A DNA stretch of 64,000 nt from Lingula anatina (Eukaryota > Animalia > Brachiopoda). The notes under the pieces were generated by a model. It saw only the letters and a program-made list of their open reading frames with translations, was not told the DNA's origin and did not search any database. Positions within the stretch are counted from its first letter, which is position 1; each line of letters starts with the position of its first letter. Made by a program: the position numbers and the translations under genes. Below are positions 29,908 through 42,000 of the stretch, piece after piece. Where the stretch lies: positions 49,578,788 to 49,642,787 of the forward strand of contig CM120640.1 in assembly GCA_051362555.1 (NCBI GenBank), written 5' to 3'.

Positions 29908-32900
29908 CTATTTTTTTATCTTTGATTTTGCCTCCTTAACTTTAACAAGTAAATCTCGTAATTTGTTAAAGGTGCCCACAGAATCTGGCAGATTTTCAAA
30001 AGGTAAATGCTCAGTGATGTCTTTGGCAAAGAGATCTGCTGAAGGTAGATTGGAGGGAGTGCTGAGTGAAGTCTCCAGAATTGGAGTTCCATAAGATAGA
30101 CCAACAGATGAACTGCGTGACTGTGACTGAGGGGTGTTTGACCAAGACTGAAACGAGGTATTTTGTGCCGCAACACTTTGTTCCAAAGTTTGTCCTCTTT
30201 CTGTATCATCTGGACTTTGTGGAGGGGACTGCTGCCCTACATTCTCACTTTCATCTCCAGAGCAACTGTCAATCACTTGAACCTCACTGTCTTCACCTTC
30301 CTCAGCCATGATTTGAGCCAGCAGCTGCTTACGTTGTTCTTCCAAGTCATCTATGTCAGAAGGGGTACCTTCTCTGGTCCCCTGACGTGATGACTGGTGA
30401 CTCACACTGCCACTTCTACTCCCTGGACACCTGAACTCTTCATCAGACAACCTGTTCTGTACACTTTTTTGGACATCACTCTCTGATTGCACTGAGCTTC
30501 TGCGGCTTGAAAATGTGGAGGGATTTTGCTCAATTCCTGCAGCACCTATGTCAAACATATGTGAGTCTAAATTATACGAGGTCTTGGAACATTCAGGAGA
30601 TGGGGCACCTGCTGCTTCACATTGTCCTTCATACAATCCATAATACCTCTGGCAGCACCCACTGGAAACTTGTTTACCCACACTAGACAGTTTAGTATTT
30701 AAGTTAGGGGATAACTGTAGGTTTGCACAGTCACCAACTGATTGATACTCATCAAATTTCTGAGGGGGTCCTTGCTGTTCAAAATATGTTAGTGTCTGGA
30801 AATTGTGAGAGATGCTCTCTTCACTAGTAGAAGTGCTCAAAGAAACAGACAGTTCTTGTGTCCAGACTTGAAGGTTTTTACCAAAAGATAAAGGAGAATT
30901 TAAACTGGGTTCAGGTTCAGTAAGAGCTTCTGAAGACAATGTGGTTGGAACCTGTACGTTTGAAAGTGTATCAGTAGGCAAAGGGAAAGAAGCTGGTGTG
31001 TAATAAGGTGTATTAGCTGGCAAATGGTTTTGAACAAGAGCGTGGGGAGGTGAATTAGCTGTCACAGCATTTTGACCTAGGGTGTGGGGAAGTGTATTAG
31101 CTGGCACATGGGGTGGAGCTGGGGTGTGAGGAGGTGTTTCAGCAGGTAAAGGGGGTGGAGCTGGGGTGTGGGGAGGTGTTTCAGCAGGTAAAGGGGGTGG
31201 AGCTGGGGTGTGGGGAGGTGTTTCAGAAGGCAAAGGAGGTGGAGCTGGGGTGTGGGGAGGTGTTTCAGCAGGCAAAGGAGGTGGAGCTGTGGTGTGGGGA
31301 GGTGGTTCAGCAGGCAAAGAGGGTGGAGCTGGTGTGTGGGGAGGTGTATTATCAGGCAAAGGGGGTGGAGCTGGGATGTGGGGAGGTGTTTCAGCAGGTA
31401 AAGGGGGTAGAGCGGGGGCAAATGGAGGGGTCTCAGTAGGCAATGGGGGCTGAAATATGGTGTGGAGTGGTATTTCAGCAGGCAAAGGCAGGAGGGCTGT
31501 GTTGTTAGGCGATGCTTCTGGTGATAAAGGAGGGTCAAGGGTGTGAGAGGGCAAATCTAGAGGAGGAAAGCTATGTGAAGTTAAAAATGGTTGCTGAGGA
31601 GTCAAATGTAAAGGAATACTGAGAGAATGTGAATTATTGGCTGGATTCCTCAAAGTTAATAAAGGTTGTGATTGGAGAGTATTAGCATCTGTTAAAGGGG
31701 CTAAAGACATGCACTGTGTTGAGAATATGTAATTATGGGAAGAATTAGTGCGGCTATGTGGGTCTACATCTGGTGTTCCTGGCTGCTGTATGCCCTCATC
31801 CTCACCAGACACAGGTACCACCGCAGACCCATCATCTACACAAAGATAAAACACAGGTTTAGTCTGAGATTTCTACATTTAGGGGTTGTTCAGAATAAGT
31901 TGTATCAACCGAGTGCACCAACTCCAAGGGGACTCTCACTGAATGCAATCAGATGAACAGACTAACAAGCCTCCTCTTGTTTCCAACATACTTGTATAAT
32001 CACCAGCTTTTCTGTATTCTACTCAATGCCAGGAGGAGGTGTGGTAGTCTGTTAATCTGATTGCATTTAGCGAGAGTCCCAGTGGAGTTAGTGCACACTA
32101 GCTATTGCATCTTAACTCATTCTGACCAGCCCAGACTTAAAGTATTCAATATTTATCGTAAACTACGAAGCAAAATTTATAAATATAGCATTAAACTGGA
32201 GAAAGAATCAGCCGATAAAAATATACCTTGGCCATCAGAAGCCAAAATTGTGAAGAAAGTAAAACAGTGAAGAAAACATATCTTTGTTAAAGCACAAAAT
32301 ACCAGCACTATATGCAGCCTTGCACTCCTTAAATGTGAATACGGTAATGACTAGATCTTTTCAATGGGGAAAATTATGAATTTTACAGATATTGTATTTT
32401 TTCAAGTCATAAATTCTTAAAGTTAGAACATTCCTTTTGAGTGACAGCAACAAAACTGATAAACAGGCTACCTTATAGTTCTATTGTATACAGAAAAAGC
32501 CCCACAGACGCTACGCAAAAATACATTTTTAATGATTTTCAAATGATGTATCTGAAAAATTGTTAGTTTTTCCACATTAAAAAATTGTGTCATTACCGTA
32601 CACAAAGAAACTCAAAGGTGCCATCTTATGCACAACTAGATAATAGAAAAGCAAGCCTCAGAAAGATGTATGTTCTGCATTAACAAACACATGGATTGTT
32701 TGAAGACAAACAAGCGGTGTGCTGAACCAGAGAACATGTGATGCACCAACCTTTTCACTACACTTGCAGCTGGCCCCAAAACCCCACATAATATAGTAAC
32801 TACAGAGCTCATGCCCTGCTCATTTTAAAGATACTAGATTTTTAAGTATGCAAAGTAAAAAGGGAATCTTTACAAAGAAAAACCCTTGATGATTTGCTTT

Positions 32901-35900
32901 TAAAAATTCCAATAAAGACCACTGAAAGCAAAGCGAATGTGAACCTATGCACTTTGGTGATACTAGTCCTTCATTAACCAACTGATGATTATGCCATAAA
33001 AATTCCACTCCTTTTTTAATGGCAAATAATAATTTTAAACCAACATAAACAATGAGACAAATTATAACATTTGGTAAAAAACTGTGTTATGAAAATAAAA
33101 ATTACAAATATTTAAAATGAAACAAATTACTTTAGCTATTTGCATCTTTTATCATATTTTTTACCAGATTCATCCAAATCCATATCTTCTAAAGCATAGC
33201 GTGGTTTCTTCTTCCTCTTATTATTTTCATCTTCCTCAAGTTTTCTTTTCATTCCCTAAAACAGATCTTATGCAAATGTGTACAGTGCCCATGACATACT
33301 GTTTTATGTCATCTAAGCAAACCAATCCCCAATCTCCCATGTTCACTACAAGATTAATATAATATAATATAATCATGCTGGATCTTTCATCTTAAATAGA
33401 TAGCCTAAAGAAATGTGAAGTACATAACATCATAGATTTCTTTACTTTAGAATAAAATAATATCATGATAACATACTAGACTTTACTCATGAGAACATAC
33501 TGACTTTACTGAAAAAAAAACCTTCCTAATTACCTGATTAGCCATAAATGCCACCAGCACTTCTTTCTGGTGTTCAATCCTCATTGGTGGCATCCCATGC
33601 TCCTGTAGGACAGAGAGAGGACAAAGGAAAAATATATTGCAAACTACACAAATGATAAAAGAGGAATTCTTCAAGTCAGCAGAAAAGTTCGCTTAAGGAA
33701 AATGTGTAAAAACAGAAAAGCACCAATATCCCTCCTCTTGCCAACTTACATCTCTCACTCCTGCAGGAAGTGGTACATTGAATCCAGGATATTCAACCAC
33801 CTTTTCTGCATCATATTGCACTGAAATATTGAATTTTTGCACATAAATGTTAGACCACATTGCCTATAGTTATACGGACACAATTTGGATTTAACATCAC
33901 AGTCACAACTTAATCACATCACTGACTAAATCGGTCTTATCTGATCAGACATAAGGTACTGAATATGGAACGATATCCTACTACCTGCAAGCATCGTTTC
34001 AATAAATGACAATATTCTGCAGCAGCCCACTGGCCTAGTTTTCTCACCTCTGCCTTATGTTTCACCGCGTAAAGATAGTAATTGAAATACAATTGAGGCT
34101 GAGTGAAGGATTTATTGCATTTTTATTCAAAAGATAAAACTCAGCTGGTGCCATGCCCAATACATAATTTTTCCATGGACCCCACAGCATTTTGGATCCT
34201 CCCAGTAAGTGACTGAATAACAAATAATTATTATTAGAGATAATACATCAACATTTTCTTCCATTTACTCACTGCTAACACATTGATAGCTGAGCATGTC
34301 AGGTAAGAAAAATTTACCTTTGGTTGGGTCCATTTCATCATCCACCTCACCATCTTCCATGCTGTCCCCTTGAACATTGGTTTCTGTAAAGATGAGAATT
34401 CATGTCACAAAAGACAGAATATTCATTTATACATACAGTATTAATAATTGAATGACATCGAATTGATATCTTCTCAAAATGACAATGTTTCAAAAAGGAC
34501 AAAATGTTAGGCTCATCTGTCACCATTGTGAATTGTGTTGACTTGTGGTAACTGTTTCTCTGCAGAATGAGAGGGATCCTCCCATAAAAAAAGTTTATTC
34601 AAGAAGCAAATGTGATTTTAATAACATGATTTAAGCCTTAATCTAAGAATACTAACCTCTTCCATGCTTGTCAAACATGACCAGACCAGATGTGCGGAGC
34701 TCTGCCTCCCTTAGATGACCTGGTGGGTAGCCTAGGATGCGCATTTGATAGATGTAAGGCGGAAGCTCATCCCTGTGAAGACCCAAAGCCTTACGAAGAT
34801 CCTTGCTGAAAATAAGAGAGAGCAGGCTAATGCATAGGTCAAATTAAATTAAGGTGGAAGGGTCTTTTTGTTCTCTATGCAAGGGTCACGTATACATAAG
34901 TATATTTCTTGTTACAGCCAAAACTAATTTTCAACAAATAAGTCAAAGAAAAATATCTTTTGAATCTGTCAAAACTGTATATGAAAGCTGGTCTTAATTT
35001 CTTTTTCAAAAATTCATTCCATGAAAAGTAATAAAGGCCGCATAACAATTTCTTGCCTTGCTTTGCATCACATTATTTACCCTCAACTCTTATCATATTG
35101 TACGGGTCTATATTGCTAACATAAAAACAAACTTTTAGAATCTAAAATATCTTTATACTACATGAAATTATACCTTAGAACACCAGCTTTAAAGTCTGCA
35201 AATCTGGGATCTTCTTCTATGTGATAGCGCCTAGACCAGACAAAAAAAAAAAAATTAAAATTCACAAATGAACTTTCAAATTAAATATAAAAAGTTAAAC
35301 ATTTTTGCCTACCTGAAATCCCTTTTTGTTTATGAAATTAAAATTGCAAGAAATTGTAAGAAAGCTTACTAATCATGATTCACAATATTTTACTCAAAAA
35401 GCATTCCAATTTAAAAACTAGAATCCTTACCCATTTTTCAACTGCAGAGGTGCTGGAGAAGAAAACTTATCCATGAACTCGCGCTTGTTTTTGTTAATTC
35501 TGGCAAAGTCTTTCTTAACAGGGCATTCACTCACATTGTGATCACCTTCACAGTTGAAACAAGCAGCTTTAGGCCTGAAAAACATTTTCAATGATTATAA
35601 AGAATGTCTGTTACTTTTCAGAGTAGTTTTAAATTTTGCACACAAGCCACCATTTGCCCCAGTTTTGTACTTATTAATTAAATAACTTAATAAAAGAAAA
35701 ATGCTGGAACATTAAAAAAATACCTTTTCTGTCTTTTAGGTGCATTGCTTTCCTCTTCTTCCACTGGTATTGATTCTTTAAATATCTGTTCGTAACTGAT
35801 GGACATTAAGGAGCAAATCTACTCTCAGTAAAACCTCCATTTATAACAGCACAATTTTGTGAGAAAATTTTCTTTAAGAAGTTAATGTCAGGTTGTTAAA

Positions 35901-37934
35901 AAAGTCATAGTTTAATTATTAAATTGGAATTTATAATATTCATTAAACTAAAGAATACTGTGGGATATCCCATCCATCTGTCAGCTCTGGTTTGTCCTCT
36001 ATAAGAGGCCAGCCCATTTGGTCTATTAAGAAGTCAGAGTGGTATTGTGAACAGCCTACTACCTAGAATAGCATTTAAGTTATATAAAAATTACCCTTCT
36101 AGCAAAATCATCAACAAGCATCAATAACTCCTCCAAATTAAGTTTTCATTATTGTCAATAATTCTATAAATATGCTATTTTTTGTATATTCTTCTTTTTA
36201 TGAAGACCCTTACAACTATCCATGTATGCATAAGAATATATTACAACATATCTAAGAATTGTACAATTTATGTATGGTTTTTAACTTTTCATAAGAAAAG
36301 AAAATAATTAAATATTCAAATCTTGATAAACACATGCACACATACACACACACATACTCAGTACATGCAAAACTTACAGTGGCTTTAGAATCAGCAGTGT
36401 CTGCTTCGAGTTTGTTATCTAAACAGGGATAACTGTGGTAGGGCTGAAATATACACCAGTAAATCTTGGATAAGTTAAACTGCACTATAATATTGCAAAC
36501 AAGTCATTCGATTTTTATCATACATAAAGTCACATAATTTGCGTAACTGATCTAAATTCCCCACTTTGCAAACATATTTTGTAAAAAAATAAGTATAAAC
36601 AAAAAATACTGAAAGAGATTTGTTTTGTTCATTTGAAGTTTTACCGACTTACCCTTAGCTTCAAAGATGGTATGTCACTATCATTCTTTAACTGTTCAAA
36701 AAAAGCACCTATAGCCATCTCTATCTTGGAATGCAATTTTCTATAAAGAGATCCAATGGAAGTCATGATTTATGTGTTAATAAATTACATGCAATATATA
36801 AGACAAACTCATTGACAATAAAAATACAAAAATTCAATTGTTTTTTTACAAATTTTAACATAAGATTTTCGCTAAACAGTCATTTATGTTATTTCTGCAA
36901 CTTCGTCATTTATGAACTAGCAGTGACACTCATACCTTGAATTCTTTGTATTAAAAAACAATACTTCAAAACTTGGTCCTTCTCCTTCTGGCATACACCT
37001 ATAATAAAACTAGATGAGATGACCATGATTTCAACCACAACAATCATTGTTACATTAATTTAATTTATTTTTGATCATTTTGTATCCAAACTAAAAAAGT
37101 ATGTATTTTCTAAATAACTAGGTTAGAAGGTGGAGATCATTTTCAAGTAAGGAGGGTCAAAGAACCTAGGAACATCAACACATTAACATCATAACTCACC
37201 TTGATACATCAAGTAATTTTGCATATTGCTTTAATTTTATGTCTGACAGAAACTAAGGAATAACATATTTAATTGCAAAATTTTATAAGAAACTTTAAAA
37301 AGTGAGATAATCCACATCCCATTCTAATTAGAAATAAGGTGCCTTTAATTACCCCCAAAAAATTTTCCAGTTCATTCTTAAAGGTACCTTATATAAGATT
37401 TACCAGCCAAAATGAATTTTTCCTGAGGGATATTTACAGCAAAGAAAAAAATTGATTGCTTTTTTATGTGCAGCAGACTAAAGTCATTTTTGTTGTTTAA
37501 AGGTACAATAACCCGGTTGAGCAACCAGTCAAGATGACAAACTCAATTTTTTATTCTGAAGCTCCCAGGACTTGACTCAATACTATGATATAAAAGATAC
37601 TCTCTGCTTCCAATCTCCGTAATTGTTGCTGTAAATTAATATCTGAAAATTTGTCTGATTTTATTGATTTCGTTGTTCCACCGTCCTGGCCATCACTTTG
37701 TTCTTGTTCAGTTTCGGTTTTGAATTGTGACGATGAAGCCGAAGACTCTGAAACTGAATTCACGTCATTGTCATCATTGTTTCTTATTACTGTTTCTCTT
37801 GTGTTTCTATCCAGTTCTTCATCCACTGCACCTTCAAGGGCTTCCCTGTGTCCATTTTTATGAATGAATTTACTTTTAGGCAAACGATCTTTTTCAAACT
37901 CCGCAAAGAGGAGGTCATCTCCAAAGTCGGCCAT
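29908..37934 (-). CDS. ZCCHC8: NEXT-complex scaffold ZCCHC8 (~1114 aa), 15 exons: 37601-37934, 37200-37242, 36936-36998, 36653-36740, 36378-36443, 35959-36062, 35724-35795, 35431-35574, 35174-35230, 34657-34805, 34318-34383, 33750-33820, 33534-33602, 33165-33255, 29908-31835
   Basis: N-terminal MADFGDDLLFAEFE, GWDIP, zinc knuckle CFNCEGDHNVSEC, PSP domain (LRKALGL...LPPYIYQMRILGYPPGHL), VVEYPGFN, IDDLEEQRKQL and C-terminal FAKDITEHLPFENLPDSVG. All junction phases are consistent. Confidence 0.93.
31080..31450 (-). repeat. Coding 42-bp minisatellite (PPPLPAETPPHTPA, ~8 copies) in the last ZCCHC8 exon
   Basis: GGTGGAGCTGGGGTGTGGGGAGGTGTTTCAGCAGGYAAAGG repeats with 42-nt periodicity. Confidence 0.92.
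31882..32132. mobile_element. Foldback MITE (Harbinger-like) in the last ZCCHC8 intron
   Basis: Long imperfect inverted arms: GGGTTGTTCAGAAT / ATTCTGACCAGCCC and GTGCACCAACTCC..GGGACTCTC..AATGCAATCAGAT..AACAGACTA with its reverse complement. Confidence 0.7.
32342..32598. mobile_element. TA-flanked Tc1/mariner-like MITE (257 bp)
   Basis: TA|CGGTAATGAC ... GTCATTACCG|TA, with imperfect similarity extending about 30 bp. Confidence 0.6.
35796..35958 (-). other. Probable U12-type (minor spliceosome) intron in ZCCHC8
   Basis: 5' site GTATTCTTT; branch site TCCTTAAT about 10 nt before CAG; no polypyrimidine tract. Confidence 0.7.
37243..37600 (-). other. Probable U12-type intron in ZCCHC8 (first coding-region intron)
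   Basis: 5' site GTATCTTT; branch-like TTCCTTAG about 10 nt before CAG. Confidence 0.7.
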
Positions 37935-39012
37935 GTTTTAGCATGCGGGACAGTTCTTAACAAATATAGTAATAATTTTGTAAACGGAAAGTTTCGGTTG
38001 TGACCATTGTTTGTAATATTATAATTATTTTTTTTTTGCTATTTTCAAAGATGAATTTTACTTTTTTTTTCAATCTAGGTCAAGATGCGGAGCTATAATG
38101 TTAAAATTGGGTCAAAATAAGTATGGACAGTGGAATGAACAGTTTCAGGCGGTGGAAACGCGCTACTTATATGATTAAGACGAGCCTAGCCGTCAGTACC
38201 GGATATTGTTTTGTGACCTTGAGGAGCAATTAGGTTTGGTCTTTGCGGCACGCATGAACAGTAGTCGAACTACCACACCTGGGTCTTTTGTTTTTGACAA
38301 CTGTTCACTCGTCATCGAGGCGCTTGTTCAAGACTACAGGCTGATATCTACTAGTACTACCAGTGGCTTCATTAGTAACGTTCCCACAATACTTAGTTTT
38401 CTGTCTGTGCGTACATACCCTGAAAAAAGCCAGCCTCGCTGACGAGAACAATGGACGTTTCTCACCCCTCTCTAGGATTACCCCTGACAGTTTTCTTCAT
38501 TTACCTTCCATTAAACTTGGTCAAAAAAGGATCAGATGTGTTTGTCTGTGCAGAAATGATAAATTTCACATAGACGTCCAATATGCGGTAAGTGTCAGAT
38601 AATAAAGGACACAATCTGTCAAGTGTAATTTGAGTTGAATAGTCTGAGCAAATCTGGTAAAACTAAGAGAAGTCATTTACAGGGGTACTACCACATGTAG
38701 TACCTACAGATAAATTCAGCACAGCAGGCCCTGTAGCTGTGCATTTGCTGATCAGTGCATATACCAAATGTGTAAGCCTCGGGCGGTTCAGGCCAAATTT
38801 GTACTGAGTAAACTCAAGTATGAAACAGGGCAAAGAAGATTTTTTAAAAATTACATGCATTTGTCATATCAGTACGGTACACTGAGTATTCAACATGCAC
38901 TCAGATAATATGCTCTATTTAAACTTGGTGAAAATTAAGAGATTTTGATAAGAAGAAGAGGGAAGCATTGTGAATCATAAAAGTTTCATTGAAACTTGTC
39001 CATTTCTGGGAC

Positions 39013-42000
39013 ATGGGCTTACTCCAAACAAAATTTTATCAAAACTTTCAGATGAACAAAGGAGAGCTCCTGTTTCTTGCAACAGATGTATTACAGGTAA
39101 CAGGATGTGAACAGCCAGCCAAGAATTTCCCAAGAATCCATGCAAGATATGCAAGAAATGGACTTGCAGCAAAAGTTCAACTGAAAGGTATTACATAGAC
39201 ACATGTCATTCAGTTACTGATTATCATACAGTATTTGCAGAGTGAAACATGAAAAGATCATAGCCCAGCAATATGTGATGTGATTTTTATCTTAAGATTA
39301 GGGTCACAAAAGCTTAAATATGGGTCAACATGCCATAGGGACAGTCGGTCATCCGGGCACTTTACCTTAGCAACCGGCATCTGGGGTAAAACAAATAGGG
39401 CAACATGGCGGATCGCATTGACTTCTATGTAAAAGTTGCCAGACTTCGTCCGAAGATATCATACTTCACAGTTCATGACCACTTGTGTCAGTGAAGTTGA
39501 GTTATTTACCTGGTTGATTTCCTTTACAGGCTTTTGTAATTAGCCTCTGCTCACCTGGTTAAGAGATAAAATCGGCCTTAACTGCCGATCGTTATCTGTG
39601 ATCGGGAATCTTACAGTGGTGGATTGCAAAGACTCATTTGCTTACCTGGATGAGCATATTATTCGCATCTGTTTGAAAAGAAAACCATATGGAAGCAACT
39701 GATAATATCAAGGAAGGTTTCAATTGTACTAATAACTGTTGACGTTGCATATTGCTGACACATATGACGGGTAGATTTTCAAGCTTACTGAATTGAACCG
39801 GTACCGTTTAACTTTCAGGCACGCGTACAATAGTGAAATGGTGGAAGCTTGCTGTGCACCAGGTGACACTACCAACACATTAATAAAAATTACAGATGCG
39901 GATCCAGAGATATTTTCTGACAGTCTTTCCAATTATCTTTATTGATCTACAGTGTATTCTCTATTTTTGACCGTCTTCCAACAGAAAAAATTAGGTACCC
40001 GTAAATGTAAACTTTAAAATCTGACCGTCTTCCGGAAGACCCAGAAGACGGCCTAAATCCGCCCCTAAAACTAATGGGATTTGTTAAATTTCAAAGATCA
40101 ACGGAAAAGTAAACGACTGTTGCAGGCTATAGGTCTTGCAAACGTGACTAAAGACGGGATTGTTGATCGAAACAAAATTTGGTCATAGCTATACATGCAC
40201 TACGAGAATTGTGTATGTGTGTATAGTTCATTTTATTACAGATAAGGAGAAAGTCATTAAACCTTGTTTGGAATTTATGTTTGTCATTTGTTACATGAAT
40301 TAATAAGTAGTATTTACAAGAAATTGAGATTGCATCTTGTGTTGGCGTGTGTGACGGTATATCAATTCTTTTAGTAAAAATTAATGGACTATAACGTCGG
40401 ACTTATTTGTTGTAAGTTAATTGAGGGCGTTATAAAGATAAGAAAACAATATATACGTCAATATATTGACAAGCCTGTGAATTAATGTCTAAATCTTTAA
40501 GTATTCAAGTAAAATATAAAAAAGTTGCCATAAATAAAGCGACCTTAACTGGTAAAATAACATACAGCTTTATTTCCGTGTTTGCTATTCAATTTAATTT
40601 TAATTCTGTCTTCCATGATATTTCGCCAATTTTCGTACCAGAAAAGTGCACAATAAGATTGTAAACACTCAAAGACGCATAGCTGCAAAAATCAATACAG
40701 GTAACACCACGTGTCTTCTCTTCCAAAACGTTTTCAAGCAACTGTTTATGCTGTCCTTCCAGGCTTGTATTAATATACATGTACTGTATACGGACCAAAG
40801 AGGCCATGGGACCGATGACATTGCCCCTATCCCGTTCACCTGGCTATTGCAGCAGCAGGTGATTTAATCACAATTTGTAGAAATCTTATTCTAATAACTA
40901 CTCAGTGTTGCACATTTTCCAGGCCTTTCTCACGATCCACGTTCTAAGAAGCCATTCCTATATCACCAACTTATGTACATGTATATACCAAGGAGTTATA
41001 ACAGAAGGAGATTACACGCAAGCCTTTCTATTGTCCGATGTCTGTTACGGTGGGCGGAGCTAGCTACGGGGGGCCTCCGGTCTCAAGGTTTCGTCTGCGT
41101 CGCTCTCCTCAGCTTGGAGATAAATTTCATATGCGTTATTTCGCGTTAGAATTCGAGATCAGTAATGTCAAAGCGCCGCTGTAGTATGCTGACGATTTTT
41201 TTCACAGGTAATTATTTGGACGATGTGCTGGAAGGGAACGATATCATAGAAAGCGATTATAAGGTGGTGACTGAGGATGGTTGCCATGAGCTTTTTTAGT
41301 CGGTGATAGATGGCTTTTTTATGGCACAACCCGGTGAAAAATCACCAAGGAGAAGTCAAAAGAAAACGTCCCAACTGTGGTTTGTGAAAATGACATTCAA
41401 GTGAACGTCTGTCCTCACTGCCAAAGGACATAATATTAATACATTAACGTTTGGACCCTCCTGCCCTTGGGTCCCATAAACATATACATTGTGACAGTGC
41501 CTACGCTTTATGTCTGGTTTTAAATTTCTTGAAGTATTTTTTCTCTCACTCGGTATAATTTTTATATTATAATGCATTTAATTAAAATTTTAATCCAAGG
41601 TTGAGGCAATGCCACGACACGTCAGTTTACTGAATACTCGTTATAAATTTCTTTATCTTGGAAATTTCCCTTTTTTTCAGGATTATTTGACACGTACTAA
41701 CACTGTTCATATTTGTCGGTAAACAAGTGCACAGTGCCATACATTAAGAATAATTTTTATTCATTCATAAATATATTTATGTACAAAATATATCAGAAAT
41801 TTTAGTATTCACTGAGCTCTTTAAAGTGAAACAAATAAAGATGAGAATATTGAATTTCAAACTATTATTTACTATATTAACTTAAAAAATCTTTTAAGTC
41901 AACTCTATACTCAAGCACTCTATACTCTATACTCATGAAAGTAGCATCTGTGAGTAAAACCATTTTATTATATCAATAGAAGAACAAAAACAAAAATTTT

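Noticed and set aside
31077-31538. Several alternative-frame and antisense repetitive ORFs
   Set aside because: Shadows of the 42-bp ZCCHC8 repeat, whose unit is a multiple of three.
35431-35574. Zinc knuckle with CX2CX3HX4C spacing
   Set aside because: A one-residue-shorter knuckle is recalled in other invertebrate ZCCHC8 proteins, so it is not treated as novel.
39052-39096. Alternative model with exon MNKGELLFLATDVLQ spliced at 39096 to 47514
   Set aside because: A phase-0 join meets a stop in the next exon; the 39187 donor keeps the frame open.
39893-40066. Small hAT-like remnant ending CCTAAATCCGCCCCT
   Set aside because: Left end too degenerate and no TSD.
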